The notes: generated from the sequence alone by a model not told the origin. Counted from the first letter of the stretch, positions 33,818 through 44,839 are shown. The stretch is 64,000 nt of DNA from an uncultured bacterium (GCA_963997925.1 CAXEOX010000002.1:8586-72585), one strand, 5' to 3'. Numbers and translations are program-made.

Positions 33818-33872
33818 TTTTTGCTCCTAATAATCTCAAAGCCGGGATAACCCAAATCACCTCGCGCAAAAA

Positions 33873-33909
33873 GGCCCCCCTTTACGAAAGGAGGGCTGGG
33901 GGATTTCGG
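33873..33909. repeat. Palindromic repeat, family 7 (second copy)
   Basis: CCCCCCTTTACGAAAGGAGGG followed by CTGGGGGATTTCGG, the reverse complement of the CCGAAATCCCCC found beside the copy at 19867-19914. Confidence 0.7.
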
Positions 33910-34365
33910 CTAACCCTGGCCCGCTAGCTTCTTGACCATGGGCACTGGGTCCGGGTCTCCGGTTAAGTCTTCGTTCCAACCGGCTGACTGGTACTCGATC
34001 TGTAGCCGGATTCCGTTGGGATCGTGGAAGTAGTAGGTCTTACCGTACTCCCGCTCGATGATTTCGGTCACCTCTACCCCGTTGTTCTTCAGACGCTGGT
34101 AGGCTTCGTCAAACTCGGCCTCGGTCGCCACGGGCAGGGCGAAGTGGTTCAGGTATTGGGGCGTTGCCTCATCTGGCCGCTCGGCTCCGTCGAAGAAGGC
34201 GAAGGCGTTGCCGCCGCCAATCTCCACGTTGTAGTGCCTGCGTCCGTCCCCGGTGCGTGAGGTACGGGCCAATCTCATCCCGAGAATGCCACAATAGAAC
34301 TGGAGTGTTGCTTCCATGTCGTTGGTGTTTACGGCTACGTGGTCGATTCCGGTAGTCTTGAACAT
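33910..34365 (-). CDS. VOC-family (glyoxalase/bleomycin resistance/dioxygenase) protein
   Basis: GIDHVAVNTNDMEATLQFYCGILGM...HFALPV...YFHDPNGIRLQ. Confidence 0.85.
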   Translation of the reverse strand: MFKTTGIDHVAVNTNDMEATLQFYCGILGMRLARTSRTGDGRRHYNVEIGGGNAFAFFDGAERPDEATPQYLNHFALPVATEAEFDEAYQRLKNNGVEVTEIIEREYGKTYYFHDPNGIRLQIEYQSAGWNEDLTGDPDPVPMVKKLAGQG

Positions 34366-34440
34366 GGGCCTTCCTCCTTTTCCTGAATGAGTGTGGCTGG
34401 AATTATAAGGTAAAGCGCTCCGATTGGACAGTGGCCAGTA

Positions 34441-34791
34441 CTAATCAACCAATGGAATGGCGATAGATACGCGCGAAACGTTGCCGTAAACAGCGGTGGT
34501 GTGGCCTTTGCCGGTTAGGTCGTCGGCCAGCAACACGTCGCCGGGGTTGAAGATGCGCTTGCTGCCGTCGCCCAAGCCAATCTCCGCTTGCCCTTCCAGG
34601 GTGATGACGAATTGGCGGCGGGGAGCGACGTGGAAGTCTTGGAATCTGCCCGCCGGATCCCGCCGGAATTGGATACCCGTGGCCCCTTTCATAGCGGTAC
34701 GTTCTGCTTCCGCGATTTCCTCGTAACCCAGGTCCAACTCCTCCAGATGGGATTCACCATCGGACCCGGTATAAACTCTAACTACCTGCAT
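34441..34791 (-). CDS. Cupin domain protein (116 aa)
   Basis: FHVAPRRQFVITLEGQAEIGLGDGS...PGDVLLADDLTGKGHTT. Confidence 0.75.
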   Translation of the reverse strand: MQVVRVYTGSDGESHLEELDLGYEEIAEAERTAMKGATGIQFRRDPAGRFQDFHVAPRRQFVITLEGQAEIGLGDGSKRIFNPGDVLLADDLTGKGHTTAVYGNVSRVSIAIPLVD

Positions 34792-34907
34792 GTTGCTATC
34801 CTCCCGTTAAGCTTTGGAACTCTAAGAACCGGATGGGACCAGCCATCGCAAAGGGTCCCAAATCAGGGCCATGATAGCAACGGCCAAAGAGACCGTCAAT
34901 CTAGGCG

Positions 34908-35657
34908 TCAACCCGTATTTAGTGCCTGTTTCCCGGTATCGCACATGTCGAGTAGGCAGCAGCCTTCGCATCTGGGCTTCTTGGCGCAAGCCTCTTTGGC
35001 GTGGCGGTCCAACAGGGCATGGTATTCGTTGAACATGGGAGCGTCGGCGGGCAGGTTGTCATGAAACACGGACTGAAGTCGATGATAGTTGTTGGACGGG
35101 ATATCGCCGCTTATTCCTAAGCGTTGAACGATGCGGTGGGTGTAGGTGTCGATGACGAAAGAGGGCTTCCCGGCGGCGTAAAGGACGATGTCGTCGGCGG
35201 TCTCCGGTCCGATGCCGTGTATGGAGAGCAACTCGTCGCGCAGGGGTCCGGTGTCTTGGGATAGCATCTTGTCCAGATCACCAGCGTGGTTGAGTCGAAG
35301 GTGGCTGGCGAAGGCTTTGAGTTTCCGGGCCTTGGCGTTGAAGTATCCCGACGGGCGGATGATTGCGCCGAGAGCATCTTCCGTCAGGCTATCTATGGCC
35401 TCCAGCGACCAGCAATCGGCTTCTTTCAGGTTGCCTATGGCCATCTCCACGTTGGTCCATGCCGCCGCCTGGGTCAAGATGGCCCCGATTATCACGTCCA
35501 AGGACCCGTCGCCGGGCCACCAGCCCTGGGGTCCATAGCTCTGGAACAGCCGCTGATAGACCTCCGTTAATACGGCGGGTAGGTCCCTTGTAGCCGCTTG
35601 CTCCTCGTTCACTGGTTGAACCTTTTCAACTCTTCTCCGCGCCGCCAAAGGAATCAC
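34908..35657 (-). CDS. Endonuclease III-like HhH-GPD DNA glycosylase domain protein
   Basis: GPQGWWPG...ILTQAAAW...IHGIGPETADDIVLY (helix-hairpin-helix) plus a C-terminal Cys cluster, CAKKPRCEGCCLLDMC. The GTG start overlaps the sfsA stop (GTGA). Confidence 0.82.
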   Translation of the reverse strand: MIPLAARRRVEKVQPVNEEQAATRDLPAVLTEVYQRLFQSYGPQGWWPGDGSLDVIIGAILTQAAAWTNVEMAIGNLKEADCWSLEAIDSLTEDALGAIIRPSGYFNAKARKLKAFASHLRLNHAGDLDKMLSQDTGPLRDELLSIHGIGPETADDIVLYAAGKPSFVIDTYTHRIVQRLGISGDIPSNNYHRLQSVFHDNLPADAPMFNEYHALLDRHAKEACAKKPRCEGCCLLDMCDTGKQALNTG

Positions 35658-36343
35658 AGTTCCATTGGCAAAAGGTCTGCCAATTCGATGGAGTCATCGG
35701 TCACCCGGCACTTGTACGCAAAGGCCTCAACGCCTACGGAAAGGGCGTGGCGGAACGCCTGACCGAACTCCGGGTCGGCGGTTTCGTGGGGGGTGAACGA
35801 GTGGACGTCCTCACGCTGTATCACGAAAATCGCGGCCGCTCGGTGACCCATGGCAACGGCCTGCTCCAGGCTTCTCATGTGCTTGGCTCCCCGGATGGTG
35901 GGCGAGTCGGGAAATAGGCCGGTGCCGTTCACCACCAGCGTAACCGACTTGGTTTCCACGTAGTATTTGCCCTCGGGACCTTCCAGCATCAGGTCGAGAC
36001 GGCTCTCTCCGAAAGTGACTTCACGTCTGACATGGGGGTACTCGACAAATTGCGGGAGGCGTTTAAATTCTAGAGCCTCGGCTACCAGAGCATTGGGAAG
36101 CCGGGCATCGGCTGAGCACATGGAGAAACCCAGGTCTACCAAGGCCAAGTCGAATTTTGTCTTGCGGTGTTCGGCTGGCTGGGGTTTCAACAGCACTCGG
36201 ACGCCGGGTACAAACAACTCGTGCATCCGTCCGGAGTTGGCGACATGAACCATCGCCTCTTCGCCTTCAATATCCACCAGCGCTGCGAACCGGTTTAACC
36301 GGGTTAGGAAGCGGCCTTCCACCAGATCGGCACCAAGCTGCAT
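35654..36343 (-). CDS. sfsA: Sugar fermentation stimulation protein SfsA
   Basis: LVEGRFLTRLNRFAALVDIEGEEAMVHVANSGRMHELFVPG; 229 aa. Confidence 0.9.
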   Translation of the reverse strand: MQLGADLVEGRFLTRLNRFAALVDIEGEEAMVHVANSGRMHELFVPGVRVLLKPQPAEHRKTKFDLALVDLGFSMCSADARLPNALVAEALEFKRLPQFVEYPHVRREVTFGESRLDLMLEGPEGKYYVETKSVTLVVNGTGLFPDSPTIRGAKHMRSLEQAVAMGHRAAAIFVIQREDVHSFTPHETADPEFGQAFRHALSVGVEAFAYKCRVTDDSIELADLLPMEL

Positions 36344-36504
36344 GAACGGCCTCAGATCCCGCCTGGGCGTTGCCGGGTACGGCCACCCTGGGCGGAAGGA
36401 TTATCGATTGGATACAATGTTACCAATCACCTATGGGGCCAGCAACCGGTCCGCCCGACCTATATTAGATTCCATCCAGGCCAAGAAATCTTGACGACAG
36501 AACT

Positions 36505-37791
36505 ATGCGCACCAGCACAATTTCCATCCATCATCGTAGCGGCAGGCCGGTGCGTTTAACGCGTAGCGGCGGTTGGGCAATCGTGGCGGCGGGAATGGTC
36601 CTGATGGCGTGCGCTGGGCAGGAAGGAGTGCGGCCTTCGCCGGTCGTCACCGAGGTTGAGTCATCTACAACTACGACGCCGTCCAAACTGGAGCCGCCAG
36701 CACCGCCCACTCCCACTCCGAGCGCAACATTAGTTCCCACCAAATCGCCCACTCCCACTTCAACGTTATTGCCTACCGCTGTCTTTGTTCCGGCAGCTAC
36801 TCCGTTTCCCACCGCTACTCTTGCACCTATCTCCCTGTCAGCATCGACCACCGCACCCACACCCACCGCCGTTCCAACTCCCGAGACAATGCCCACGTTA
36901 ACCCCTTTGCCGAGCCCGACACCCACCGTCCAACCAACGCCTACCCCAAACCCGACGCCCACATCAGTACCAACGCCTACTGAGACTCCCGCGCCCCCCG
37001 TTCCGGAAGAACCTGCCAACAGTGCCAGCGACTCCGGCCAGGCAGTGCATCTGGTTGCTGATGGCCTTACGGACACCTATACGTTGATCTCCGGCGTGTT
37101 GGGAGGGAATCCCATCGAAACTCCGGATTGCGGGCACCCTGACTTCGGTCCGCACATCACCCAGGAATGGGATGACGATCTGGGAAAACATAGTTTCGTC
37201 TTTCATATCCACGTCACACCCGACGACGACCGGTGCAAAGCCTTCGACCGGCAAAGAAACGAGATAAAAACCTACGACAAATCGCCGGAGTATCTGAAGG
37301 GCTTCCTGGGCGAAACGGTCACCTACCGCTGGAGTTTCAAGCTGGATGAGGGATTTCAGCCGTCACGCAATTTTACACACATCCACCAACTCAAAGCCGT
37401 GGGGGGAGATGACTCGTCGCCACTCATGACCCTGACTCCGCGGTCTGGAACTCCCGATAATATAGAAGTCTCCCTCAGAGATTCCGCGGATGTTCGAACC
37501 GTTCTAACCACGATTTCGTTGGAATCAGTCGAGGGAGTATGGGTGGAGGTATATGAAAGGGTGACCTTTGGCCACCAAGGCCGCTACGCCATCGAGATTA
37601 GGACCTTGGTCACCGGGGCGTTGCTGCTCGACTATGAGGACTTGGACATAGATCTTTGGCGGGTTGGCGCAGAGTTTGTGCGGCCTAAGTGGGGTATCTA
37701 CCGGAGCTTGGATAGCCAAGAATACCTGCGAGACGAGCAGGTGCGCTTCGACGGGTTCTGTCTGGCAAAGGGCGATGATGATTGCCCGTGA
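36505..37791 (+). CDS. Secreted lipoprotein with a Pro/Thr-rich linker and a C-terminal polysaccharide-lyase-like (heparin-lyase-I-type jelly roll) domain, tentative
   Basis: Signal with lipobox LMAC. About 120 aa of PTPTP-type low complexity at 36640-37010. The C-terminal domain carries NEIKTY...YRWSFKLDEGF...FTHIHQLKAVGG..SSPLMTLTPR. The lyase assignment is from memory of PF14099-like proteins. Confidence 0.65.
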   Translation: MRTSTISIHHRSGRPVRLTRSGGWAIVAAGMVLMACAGQEGVRPSPVVTEVESSTTTTPSKLEPPAPPTPTPSATLVPTKSPTPTSTLLPTAVFVPAATPFPTATLAPISLSASTTAPTPTAVPTPETMPTLTPLPSPTPTVQPTPTPNPTPTSVPTPTETPAPPVPEEPANSASDSGQAVHLVADGLTDTYTLISGVLGGNPIETPDCGHPDFGPHITQEWDDDLGKHSFVFHIHVTPDDDRCKAFDRQRNEIKTYDKSPEYLKGFLGETVTYRWSFKLDEGFQPSRNFTHIHQLKAVGGDDSSPLMTLTPRSGTPDNIEVSLRDSADVRTVLTTISLESVEGVWVEVYERVTFGHQGRYAIEIRTLVTGALLLDYEDLDIDLWRVGAEFVRPKWGIYRSLDSQEYLRDEQVRFDGFCLAKGDDDCP

Positions 37792-37884
37792 CGATCAGGT
37801 GCCCAGCCATGGCGGCAGGTCTATAATATCTGGAACAAACTGCGTGTCCTTCTGATCTGACGCCTGAGGTGCCGAAATCGCGTT

Positions 37885-38721
37885 ATGACAAGTTTTATCG
37901 AACGTTTGGACCAAGCGTGCGAGGCCAACCGGTCTCTCTTATGCGTAGGCTTGGATGTGGATCCGGAGCGAATGCCGGTCGCCGATCCTCTGGAGTTTAA
38001 CCGGGCTATCGTCGATGCTACCGCCGGTCTGGTCTGCGCCTACAAACCCAACTTGGCCTTCTACGAGGCGCTGGGTTTGCCCGGACTGAAGGCACTGGAA
38101 GGGACTGTGCAGTACATCCGCCGGAACGCGCCGTCGGTCGTCATCGTCGGCGATGCCAAAAGGGGTGACATCGGACCCAGCGGCGCCGCTTACGCCCGAG
38201 CCATGTTTCAGGTTTGGGACTTCGACATCGTAACCGTCAATGCTTGGGGCGGGCACGACACCGTCGAGCCTTTTCTGGAAGACCCGGACCGGGGGGTGTT
38301 CATCTGGTGCCGCGGATCCAACCCCGGCTCGGCCGATCTGCAAGACCTAAATGTGGATGGACCGGAGGGCGTGGGGCCGCTGTATAACCATCTGGCTAGA
38401 TCTGCCGCTTCCTGGAACCAGAGGGGCAACGTGGGTTTGGTGATGGGAGCTACCAATCCACAGCAGTTGGCGGACGTACGCCACCTTTGCCCTGACATGC
38501 CTTTGTTGATACCGGGGGTTGGCGCTCAAGGCGGGGATCTGGAAGAGGCCGTCCGCTTGGGCACCGACGAACATGGACGGAGGGCATTGATAAATTCGTC
38601 CCGTGGGATCATCTACGCTTCCAACGGTCAGGACTTTGCTCAAGCCGCAGGCCGGGCGGCGGCAAGCTTACGGGATTCCATCAACGGAATCTTGGAGGCC
38701 CAGGGAAAGGGATGGCGCTAG
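37885..38721 (+). CDS. pyrF: Orotidine 5'-phosphate decarboxylase (type 2)
   Basis: LCVGLDVDP, AYKPNLAFYE, VVIVGDAKRGDIG, LIPGVGAQGG. Confidence 0.93.
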   Translation: MTSFIERLDQACEANRSLLCVGLDVDPERMPVADPLEFNRAIVDATAGLVCAYKPNLAFYEALGLPGLKALEGTVQYIRRNAPSVVIVGDAKRGDIGPSGAAYARAMFQVWDFDIVTVNAWGGHDTVEPFLEDPDRGVFIWCRGSNPGSADLQDLNVDGPEGVGPLYNHLARSAASWNQRGNVGLVMGATNPQQLADVRHLCPDMPLLIPGVGAQGGDLEEAVRLGTDEHGRRALINSSRGIIYASNGQDFAQAAGRAAASLRDSINGILEAQGKGWR

Positions 38722-38942
38722 ACCTGAAAGTGGGCGACGTGGTGCGGATGAAGAAAGCCCATCCCTGCGGCAATCACTTGTGGCTGGTGACCCGCCTGGG
38801 GGCTGACATCGGGATAACTTGCGAGAAATGCCGCCGCCACGTGATGCTTGCCAGGTCTTTGATGGAGCGGCGGGTAAAGGAAGTCATCCCGCAGACCCGG
38901 GAACCTAGGGATTCCGGTGACGCCGTTACCAACGGGTTCTAG
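38712..38942 (+). CDS. DUF951-family small protein
   Basis: LKVGDVVRMKKAHPCGNHLWLVTRLGADIGITCEKCRRHVML. Overlaps the pyrF end by 10 nt. Confidence 0.85.
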   Translation: MALDLKVGDVVRMKKAHPCGNHLWLVTRLGADIGITCEKCRRHVMLARSLMERRVKEVIPQTREPRDSGDAVTNGF

Positions 38943-38966
38943 AAGGCGTCTCCGGCAAGAGTTCTC

Positions 38967-39911
38967 CTAATCTACTTCTCCCGTGGGCACAGCCTCGGCT
39001 TCATAGCCCCAGTCCAGTAACTCGGCGTGGAAGCCACGCATCTGGTCCGCCATGGTGTCGATGAAGTTGCGCACTGCTCTTCCCAAGAACTTCCCTTTCA
39101 ATGTGCAGACGCCAATCACCGACTTTTGGAAGATGTGGTCCAGACGGACCACTCCCAACTTGTAGTGGTCTTCCTCATGAAGGGTGAAGTCGCTACAGAT
39201 GGCCAGACCCATCCCAATCTCGACGTACCGCTTGATGGACTCCGTATCGTCCATCGCCAGGACCACGTCGTAGGTGATTCCCTGACTTCTCAAGGACTGC
39301 TCTACCTTTTGCCTGGTCAAGCTCTCTGGTCCGGTTAGTATCAACGGCCACCCAGCTATGTCTTGCAACTGGATCGGATGCTGCTCCAATAAGGCGTGCC
39401 CCGGAGGCGTCATCAGAACGACGTTGTAATCGAATAGCTCCTGAAACTCCAGCGACGGTTCGTCGGACGGCGGCGGAGAGCAGAAGGCCAAGTCGAGTTC
39501 GCCGGACTTCACCAATTGAATCAGTGGCGCATATGCGCGAGCCATGAGCCGGATGTGGACGTCCGGGTACTGGGAACGGAAATACTGGATGCCCCTAGGC
39601 AAGTGGTGCATCACCAGATCCTGGTATGCGCCCACGACAAAGGACCCCAACCGCTCCGAGTAGTCCATCTGGGTTTTCAAAGTGTCTACGGCAGTTACCA
39701 CCGGAGTCACCAATTCCAGAAGGGTTATGCCTTCGGACGTAAGCTGAATCGGTCTTTTGATCCGGTCGAACAGCGTAATGCCAAACTCGGCTTCCAGTTT
39801 CCTCAGGTGGGTTGTAACCGTAGGTTGACCCAACTCCAAGACCCGGGCAGCCCTCGAGACACTTCGCAATCTCGCGACGTGATAAAAGCTAACTAGTTCA
39901 CGCAGTTCCAT
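38967..39911 (-). CDS. LysR-family transcriptional regulator
   Basis: N-terminal wHTH LRELVSFYHVARLRSVSRAARVLELGQPTVTTHLRKLE plus a substrate-binding domain. Divergent from the ferredoxin gene. Confidence 0.9.
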   Translation of the reverse strand: MELRELVSFYHVARLRSVSRAARVLELGQPTVTTHLRKLEAEFGITLFDRIKRPIQLTSEGITLLELVTPVVTAVDTLKTQMDYSERLGSFVVGAYQDLVMHHLPRGIQYFRSQYPDVHIRLMARAYAPLIQLVKSGELDLAFCSPPPSDEPSLEFQELFDYNVVLMTPPGHALLEQHPIQLQDIAGWPLILTGPESLTRQKVEQSLRSQGITYDVVLAMDDTESIKRYVEIGMGLAICSDFTLHEEDHYKLGVVRLDHIFQKSVIGVCTLKGKFLGRAVRNFIDTMADQMRGFHAELLDWGYEAEAVPTGEVD

Positions 39912-40073
39912 CGGCGTGCTCCCCCAAACAGGCGTACTGCTTTCGAATATGATGTATTATACGGTATCGCTTGACAAAATACAGGTGCGAATCGAGAATA
40001 GGGTTCTCCGCATGTTGCTTTTATACCCGGCTGGTAGTATCCGGGCGATTACATAACTCTTGGTGTCAGATTT

Positions 40074-40319
40074 ATGCCCTATATAATCACTGAGCCATGT
40101 ATCGGAGTGAAAGACGCTGCCTGTCTTGAAGTCTGCCCTGTAGATTGCATCGCCACTACCGATGAAGCTGAGATGTACTATATCGACCCGCAGGGTTGTA
40201 TCGATTGCTCCTATTGTGAGTCGGTCTGCCCGGTGAACGCCATCTTTGATGAGTTCGCCGTCCCTTCCAAGTGGCGGGAGTACATCCGCAAGAACCGGAA
40301 TTTCTGGGACGGGAAATAG
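40074..40319 (+). CDS. Ferredoxin (two Fe-S cluster motifs, 81 aa)
   Basis: CIGVKDAACLEVCPVDCI and CIDCSYCESVCPVNAI. Confidence 0.9.
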   Translation: MPYIITEPCIGVKDAACLEVCPVDCIATTDEAEMYYIDPQGCIDCSYCESVCPVNAIFDEFAVPSKWREYIRKNRNFWDGK

Positions 40320-40627
40320 CCGCTTCCGGCTCGCCTTTTGATTTTCTTCTCCCTGGTTAGGCTAAAGCCGCATACCATCTTGGCTAAATCCTAGCGCTAA
40401 TGTTAACTCCATCCCCCCGAGGTTTGACGCTTCATTAACCCATAGTTGATAGATATATAATATTCTATCTACTTATGTCAAGAGTTTTTACCCGGCGAAT
40501 GAAATTTCGTTTATAGCAACTGCCTGATCCGCCACGTTGTCAGTGAGTGTGATGCAGGTTAAACTTTGGGCCAATCTGGCAACCAGCGCCGGAATACAGG
40601 CGCGGTGAGGATTGAAAGGAAATTGAA

Positions 40628-41581
40628 ATGGCTTTATTTCTGCGGGATGAAGAAGTATCACGTGCGGTATCGATGGATGATATGCTACCGGCTATCGAGT
40701 CGATGCAGGGGCATTTTGGCCGTGGTGAGGCCATGGTTCTACCCCGGAAAAAAATCATCGCCAGCGGAGGAGTGTTGGCGGTTATGGGCGGTGGGCTATT
40801 TTACGACGGCGTATTAGGTGTCAAAACCTACACCGTCGTTCGGGGCACTTACTCTTTCCAAGTCAGCCTCTATGACGCGGAGACGGGCCGTCTCATGTGT
40901 TATACCCAAGCCAACCGCCTGGGACAGCTACGTACCGGCGCTACCACGGCGTTGGCGGTCAAATACCTGTCCAACTCCGATGCCGCTACTGTGGGGATAA
41001 TCGGTACCGGGTACCAGGCTCCCACCCAGTTAGAGGCGATCAGCAAAATTAGAAGCATCAAGAGCGTTAAAGCCTTCAGCCGAACCGCCGAGAATCGGGA
41101 TGCCTTTGCCAAGACCATGACCGATTCCTTGGGGTTGGCAGTTTCCTCGGCATCGGGAGCCCAGGAGGTAGTGGAGGGCAGCGACGTCGTTATCTGCATC
41201 GCCGCCGCCACTGAGCCGGTGGTGAACGGTGAGTGGCTGGCGTCGGGAGTTACCCTGATCGGAGCGGGACCCACAACCTGGCGGATCCGCGAGGTAGACG
41301 ACGCCGCTATCGTTCGTGCTGACAAGATATTCGTGGATTCGGTGGAGCAGGCTCGTGACGAGGCCGGCGACATGGCCAGCGCCGTTGACCGGGGCCTTCT
41401 TCAGTGGAGTCAGCTATTGGAGCTACGACACGCCGTCGCCGGCACCGTATCGGGTCGTGACAATCACAACCAGATAGTCTTCGCCAAGATGATGGGCACC
41501 GGGGTGGCCGACGTAGCCGCAGCCAAGCTGGCCTACGATAAGGCAACAGAGATGGGGTTGGGAACGGAGATGGAGTGGTAG
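40628..41581 (+). CDS. Ornithine cyclodeaminase / mu-crystallin family protein
   Basis: LGQLRTGATTALAVKYL, IIGTGYQA Rossmann motif, MGTGVADVAAA; 317 aa. Confidence 0.88.
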   Translation: MALFLRDEEVSRAVSMDDMLPAIESMQGHFGRGEAMVLPRKKIIASGGVLAVMGGGLFYDGVLGVKTYTVVRGTYSFQVSLYDAETGRLMCYTQANRLGQLRTGATTALAVKYLSNSDAATVGIIGTGYQAPTQLEAISKIRSIKSVKAFSRTAENRDAFAKTMTDSLGLAVSSASGAQEVVEGSDVVICIAAATEPVVNGEWLASGVTLIGAGPTTWRIREVDDAAIVRADKIFVDSVEQARDEAGDMASAVDRGLLQWSQLLELRHAVAGTVSGRDNHNQIVFAKMMGTGVADVAAAKLAYDKATEMGLGTEMEW

Positions 41582-44500
41582 CTAAGTAGCTGCCAGATAT
41601 TCCTTAGTGGGCAAGACGCTGTAGGTGTTACGCTCCATCAGCAGGCTTTCCACCGCCGCCCTGGCGGTGTCAAGCGAGGTGAAGCAGGGAATCTGACGCT
41701 CTACGGCGGCGCGGCGGATGAAGAACCCGTCTTGCATGACAGAGGTATCGCCGGATAGGGTGTTTATCACCGCCCCGACAGTTCCTTCGGTGATTAGATC
41801 TACGACGTTGGGATGCCCTTCGCCCAGCCGCTTGTTGGCCACCGTTACTTGAATACCCAAGGCGGCAATCATGGCGGCGGTGCCTTCGGTGGCATAGAGA
41901 GGGCAGCCTGCCTGTCCCAGATCCTTGATTAGATCAAGGGCTTCGGCTTTGTGCTGGTCGGCGATGCTCAGTAGCACCCCCATCTTCCTGTTCAAGTTCA
42001 GGTTCGCCGCCAAAAGGGCCTTGGCTAGCGCACCGGGGAAGTCCCGGTCAACGCCCATAACCTCTCCGGTGGATTTCATCTCAGGGCCAAGGTGCCAGTC
42101 CACGCCCACCAATTTGCCCATGGAGAATACCGGCGCTTTTATGCCGACTAGGTTCTGCCTGGGCCAGAGCCCGCCTTCATATCCTTGGGATGCCAGGCTT
42201 TCTCCCATCATGACCCGGGTAGCCACCGGGGCTACTGGAACTCCGGTAACCTTGGAGATGAATGGGATGGTCCGGCTGCCCCTGGGATTAACCTCCAGAA
42301 CGTAGACGGAAGTAGCGGCAGTGGCTTCCACCGGTAGGTGGGGGCTACGATAGGGTGGTCCCCCGAGAACCACGAACTGGATATTCATGAGGCCCCGGAC
42401 GCCCATGGCCATGCCGATGCGAGTCGTGTAGTCCACGATGGTGGATACTTCTTCATCGGTGAGGTTCAGTCCGGGGTACATGGCCATGGAGTCTCCGCTG
42501 TGGACTCCGGCCCGCTCAATGTGCTCCATGATGCCGGGAATCAAGACCTGCTCACCGTCGCAGATGGCGTCGACCTCGCACTCTTTGCCTTCCATATACC
42601 GGTCGATGAGCACCGGTTGTTCCGGCGCCAGTTCGACTGCCGCCGTCAAGTAGCGAATCAGCTCCGAGGCGTTCTGCACTATCTCCATGGCCCGGCCGCC
42701 CAGCACGTAGCTGGGGCGTACCACTGCCGGATATCCGATGTTCTGGGCGACCTGGAGGGCTTCGCTCACCGAGGTCACCGCTGCGCCCGGAGGTTGGGGA
42801 ATCCCCAATCGGGACATAAATTCTTCAAACTTGTGCCGGTCCGACGCAGTGTCGATAGTTTCCGCGCTGGAGCCAAGGATCGGCAAACCGGCCGCAGCCA
42901 GAATCTGGGACAGATTGATGGCTGTCTGGCCGCCGAATTGAACGACTGACGCCGGAGGTTGATCGTCCACCGTCTCGTTGTCGATGATATCCCTGACCGC
43001 TTCTTCGTCCAACGGTTCGAAGTAAAGGCGGTCGCTGGAGTCGAAGTCAGTAGACACGGTTTCGGGGTTGGAGTTAATCATTATGCTGCGGACGCCGGCC
43101 TGGGAAAGGGCTTGGGCGGCGTGGACGCTACAGTAGTCGAACTCGATTCCCTGGCCGATTCTGATGGGCCCGCTGCCAATCACCAGTGCTTTGGGTCCGG
43201 GTAAAGGCTCTGCTTCGTTTTCCTGGTCGTAGGTGCTGTAGTAATACGGCGTGACCGCCTCAAATTCGGCGGCGCAGGTATCCACCGTTTTGTAAACGGG
43301 CCGGAGATCCCATTGGTGGCGGAGATTCCGCACCTGCTCCGGTAGCATGTCGGCCAGCGTACCCACCTGCTCGTCGGAGAATCCCAACCGCTTGGCACGC
43401 CACAGTAGGTCGGGCCGCAACGGCTCGGACAGCAAGCGCCGCTCCATGGCGACGATGCGCTCCAAGGCACTGATGAACCAGGGGTCGATGTTGGTGCGCT
43501 CCAACAGGGTATCGGAGTCCACGGCCCGGCGGATCGCCGCCATCATCGCCCACAGCCGCAGGTCGTTGGGCACTAGAGGTAGCCGGTCCAGCGAGAACGT
43601 CCCGCCGCTACGCCACTCCGGGTCTTCCCACAAAAGAGTGCGCCCACTGAATTCCAGGGACCGGACCGCCTTCTGCAACGCGGCCTCGAATGATCGGTCG
43701 ATGGCCATGACTTCCCCGGTTGCTTTCATCTGGGTGGTGACGTTGCGGTCGCCGCTGGGGAATTTGTCGAAAGGCCAACGAGGAATCTTTATAACGCAGT
43801 AGTCCAACGCTGGCTCGAAAGCCGCTTGGGTCTTATCGGTGACTGCGTTGGGAATCTCGTCCAGACGCTTTCCCACGGCAATCTTGGCGGCGACCCGGGC
43901 GATGGGATAGCCAGTGGCCTTGCTGGCCAAGGCGGAACTGCGGCTGACTCTTGGATTGACTTCAATCACGTAATAGGGAGCGTCAGCGGTAGGGTCCAAT
44001 CCGATGGCTTCGGCGACCCTTTGATGAGGCTGCAATGCGAATTGGACGTTGCAACCGCCCTCGATGCCCAGTCCCCGAATGATTTTCAGGCTGGCGCTCC
44101 GGAGCATCTGATAGTCTTTGTCGGTCAGCGTTTGGCTGGGAGCGACGACGATACTGTCGCCGGTGTGGACGCCCATGGGGTCTAGGTTTTCCATGTTGCA
44201 GACGGTGATGCAGTTATCCGCACCGTCACGCATGACCTCGTATTCAATCTCCTTCCATCCGGCCAGGGACTTTTCAAGGAGAATCTGAGAGATGGGGCTG
44301 GTGGAGAGACCGCTTTGGGCGATGGTCTCGAATTCCTCCCAGGTGGAGGCGAATCCGCCGCCGCTGCCACCTAGGGTGTAAGCGGGGCGTACCACCAATG
44401 GCAGACCCACGGCTTTGCCGATGGCGCGGGCTTCTTCCATGTTCGACGCAATCTCGCCAAGGGGTTCAGGTTCTCCGACCTCACGAAGAAAATCCCGGAA

Positions 44501-44839
44501 CAATTCCCGGTCTTCGCAGCGGCGGATGGTATCCAGAGGAGTGCCCAGCAGACGGACGTTGTACTTCTCCAGCACGCCAGCATCCGCCAGGGCTACGGCC
44601 AGGTTCAAGCCGGTCTGGCCTCCCAAAGTTGGAAGTATGCCGTCGGGCCTCTCCCGATCAATGATGCGGTCGAGAACCTCGACGGACAATGGTTCGATGT
44701 AGACGCGGTCCGCTGTCGCGTCGTCGGTCATTATGGTTGCGGGGTTGGAGTTAACCAGTACGGTTGTGACACCCTCCTCACGGAGAGCTTTGCAGGCTTG
44801 TGTACCCGCATAGTCAAACTCAGCTGCCTGACCGATCAC
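41582..44839 (-). CDS. carB: Carbamoyl-phosphate synthase large subunit (true start probably upstream, about 44893; see findings)
   Basis: [18 protein letters not shown].., duplicated ATP-grasp halves, and a C-terminal MGS-like domain. The GTG at 44839 falls inside the conserved [15 protein letters not shown] motif, which is encoded in frame upstream. Confidence 0.93.
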   Translation of the reverse strand: MIGQAAEFDYAGTQACKALREEGVTTVLVNSNPATIMTDDATADRVYIEPLSVEVLDRIIDRERPDGILPTLGGQTGLNLAVALADAGVLEKYNVRLLGTPLDTIRRCEDRELFRDFLREVGEPEPLGEIASNMEEARAIGKAVGLPLVVRPAYTLGGSGGGFASTWEEFETIAQSGLSTSPISQILLEKSLAGWKEIEYEVMRDGADNCITVCNMENLDPMGVHTGDSIVVAPSQTLTDKDYQMLRSASLKIIRGLGIEGGCNVQFALQPHQRVAEAIGLDPTADAPYYVIEVNPRVSRSSALASKATGYPIARVAAKIAVGKRLDEIPNAVTDKTQAAFEPALDYCVIKIPRWPFDKFPSGDRNVTTQMKATGEVMAIDRSFEAALQKAVRSLEFSGRTLLWEDPEWRSGGTFSLDRLPLVPNDLRLWAMMAAIRRAVDSDTLLERTNIDPWFISALERIVAMERRLLSEPLRPDLLWRAKRLGFSDEQVGTLADMLPEQVRNLRHQWDLRPVYKTVDTCAAEFEAVTPYYYSTYDQENEAEPLPGPKALVIGSGPIRIGQGIEFDYCSVHAAQALSQAGVRSIMINSNPETVSTDFDSSDRLYFEPLDEEAVRDIIDNETVDDQPPASVVQFGGQTAINLSQILAAAGLPILGSSAETIDTASDRHKFEEFMSRLGIPQPPGAAVTSVSEALQVAQNIGYPAVVRPSYVLGGRAMEIVQNASELIRYLTAAVELAPEQPVLIDRYMEGKECEVDAICDGEQVLIPGIMEHIERAGVHSGDSMAMYPGLNLTDEEVSTIVDYTTRIGMAMGVRGLMNIQFVVLGGPPYRSPHLPVEATAATSVYVLEVNPRGSRTIPFISKVTGVPVAPVATRVMMGESLASQGYEGGLWPRQNLVGIKAPVFSMGKLVGVDWHLGPEMKSTGEVMGVDRDFPGALAKALLAANLNLNRKMGVLLSIADQHKAEALDLIKDLGQAGCPLYATEGTAAMIAALGIQVTVANKRLGEGHPNVVDLITEGTVGAVINTLSGDTSVMQDGFFIRRAAVERQIPCFTSLDTARAAVESLLMERNTYSVLPTKEYLAAT

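Noticed and set aside
36411-36421. Shared 11-mer GATACAATGTT upstream of two lipoprotein genes (also at 63393-63403) as a common promoter
   Set aside because: Exact 11-mer matches are expected many times by chance in 64 kb on two strands. Neither copy has a convincing -35 element at proper spacing.
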